From Octopus bimaculoides (Eukaryota): a stretch of 64,000 nt of DNA. Made by a program: the position numbers and the translations under genes. Below, one piece after another: positions 62,603 through 64,000 of this stretch. The stretch's first letter is position 1. Every line of letters starts with the position of its first letter. The DNA lies in NCBI RefSeq assembly GCF_001194135.2, contig NC_068990.1, positions 29,571,209 through 29,635,208 on the forward strand, given 5' to 3'. A model generated the notes under the pieces. It had not been told where the DNA came from, did no database searches, and worked only from the letters and a program-made list of their open reading frames with translations.

Positions 62603-63788
62603 CCACTGAAGTTGATTTTGCCTTCTATCCTTTTGGGATCAATAAAATAAGTCTCAGTTGAGCGCTGGGGTTGCTCATCTAACCCCTGCCCCCAAAATTT
62701 CAGGCCTTGTGCCTATATAATAGAAAAGACTATTATGATGTTACCTGTCTTATGATGGGTAACTTCAAAAGTATATTTTTGCCACCCTGGGTAATATCAG
62801 GAATTTCTTGGTGCTTATACAAAACAGTGAACTGAAAACCAATTTTCAAGAGAAAAGAATGTATTTATTAAACAATAATATTTATCTCCACTTAAAAATG
62901 GGAGTTGTGTTAGAACACAAAATACTGTGTAATTTACGAGAGAAAACTCTCATTATTGACTTGTGGTGCATATAAGCACTCATGTTTATGTTGCTAGTGA
63001 GCGATAATCATCAGCTACTGCTGCCAGAACATGTGATTTTGGCTTCTAAGGCTAGACATAACAGTGATTTCTCTATTAGCAATATATATAGAGATTTTGT
63101 TGTGTCTGGGGAGAGTCTGTCTGTTTGAATATTTTATTAATTAACATATTTACTGATTCAATTTCCACTCATTTATTATATTTCTTTCTTAAATTTTCGT
63201 TGCTTCTTGCAACCTCTTCAATATATATGTGTGTGTATATATATAAACAAAATATATATATATAATCACAGTGTTTATTTAGACAGTTGTGTTGCAGATA
63301 GTGATGGGTTTATTAAAAAATGATTATCATTACCATCATCATCATCATCATCATCATCATCGTTTAATGTCTGCTTTCCATGCTGGCATGGGTTGGATGG
63401 TTTGACTTAGGACTGGCGAGCCAGAAAGCTGCACCAGGCTCCAATCTGAACTGGCAAAGTTTCTACAGCTGGATGCCCTTCCTAACGTCAACCACTCCGA
63501 GAGTGTAGTGGGTGCTTTTACATGCCACCGGCACAAGTTGAATTTCAGAACATTCCAAAAAAATCATATCGCACCACAGCCTCATGCTGATTGGTCGATT
63601 TATGGGCCAATCACGTGAGACTGTGGTGGTTCACTAGTGTCTGGCTGAGTATCCAGCAGTAAGGTTTCAAATCACTGCTACAATGTGAAATGTTTTGTAG
63701 AATGTTTTGTAAATTTCTCCTTTTATCCTTTCTAATATTTGGGTACTTATTTTCCTCTTCTTCTTCTTCTGCTTATCATCATCATCAG

Positions 63789-63986
63789 AAAGCGTGTGAA
63801 CTCTTACTCGATATCATCGGATCTCTGAAGCAGTTTTCAAACTCTGATCCCCTGACTTCAACTCATTCGATCGAAGAAGAAAGCAAAAACAAGAAACTAA
63901 CCCCTGGTCGCCAGCTATGGCTGACCTTATGCACCGAGATAGAAATCCTGTCTTATTGTATACAACTGCTACTCTCTTGTTTTAAG
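63789..63986 (+). CDS. INTS10: INTS10 coding exon (gene continues past the window)
   Basis: catcag|AAA...AAG|gtaaaa; 198 nt, phase 0/0; KACELLLDIIGSLK...RQLWLTLCTEIEILSYCIQLLLSCFK aligns to CE..LD...YC..L.L.CFK. Confidence 0.9.
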
Positions 63987-64000
63987 GTAAAAATCAAGAT

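Overview
AT-rich, repeat-dense animal genomic DNA from a draft assembly with seven N-gaps. The SINE, microsatellite and protein sequences suggest an octopus (coleoid cephalopod); this is inference. Two intron-rich genes lie on the + strand. The first is a sorting nexin SNX3/SNX12 orthologue: three PX-domain exons at 9891-9986, 21068-21192 and 24217-gap; exon 1 was not found and is probably upstream. The second is Integrator subunit INTS10: 13 exons from the ATG at 39469 to 63986, continuing past the window; one expected short exon is probably hidden in gap 42760-43080. Almost all ORFs in the ORF track are SINE, microsatellite or gap artefacts. The rest is tRNA-derived SINEs, MITEs (hAT, piggyBac, Tc1/mariner), LINE fossils (RTE, R4/Dong-like) and a decayed Penelope-like (PLE) reverse transcriptase at ~35.3-36.4 kb. 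Main hunt result: ten minimal type-I hammerhead ribozyme cores, plus one truncated core, in four unrelated short-element families. One family is a ~300-bp element with a tRNA-like Pol III head and a hammerhead near its 3' end. Three families sit in the head-to-head inverted, tail-asymmetric arrangement typical of PLE insertions. All cores in sense orientation to the host genes are damaged; the best-preserved are antisense. Ribozyme folds were derived by hand and none is tested. Repeat coordinates are approximate.
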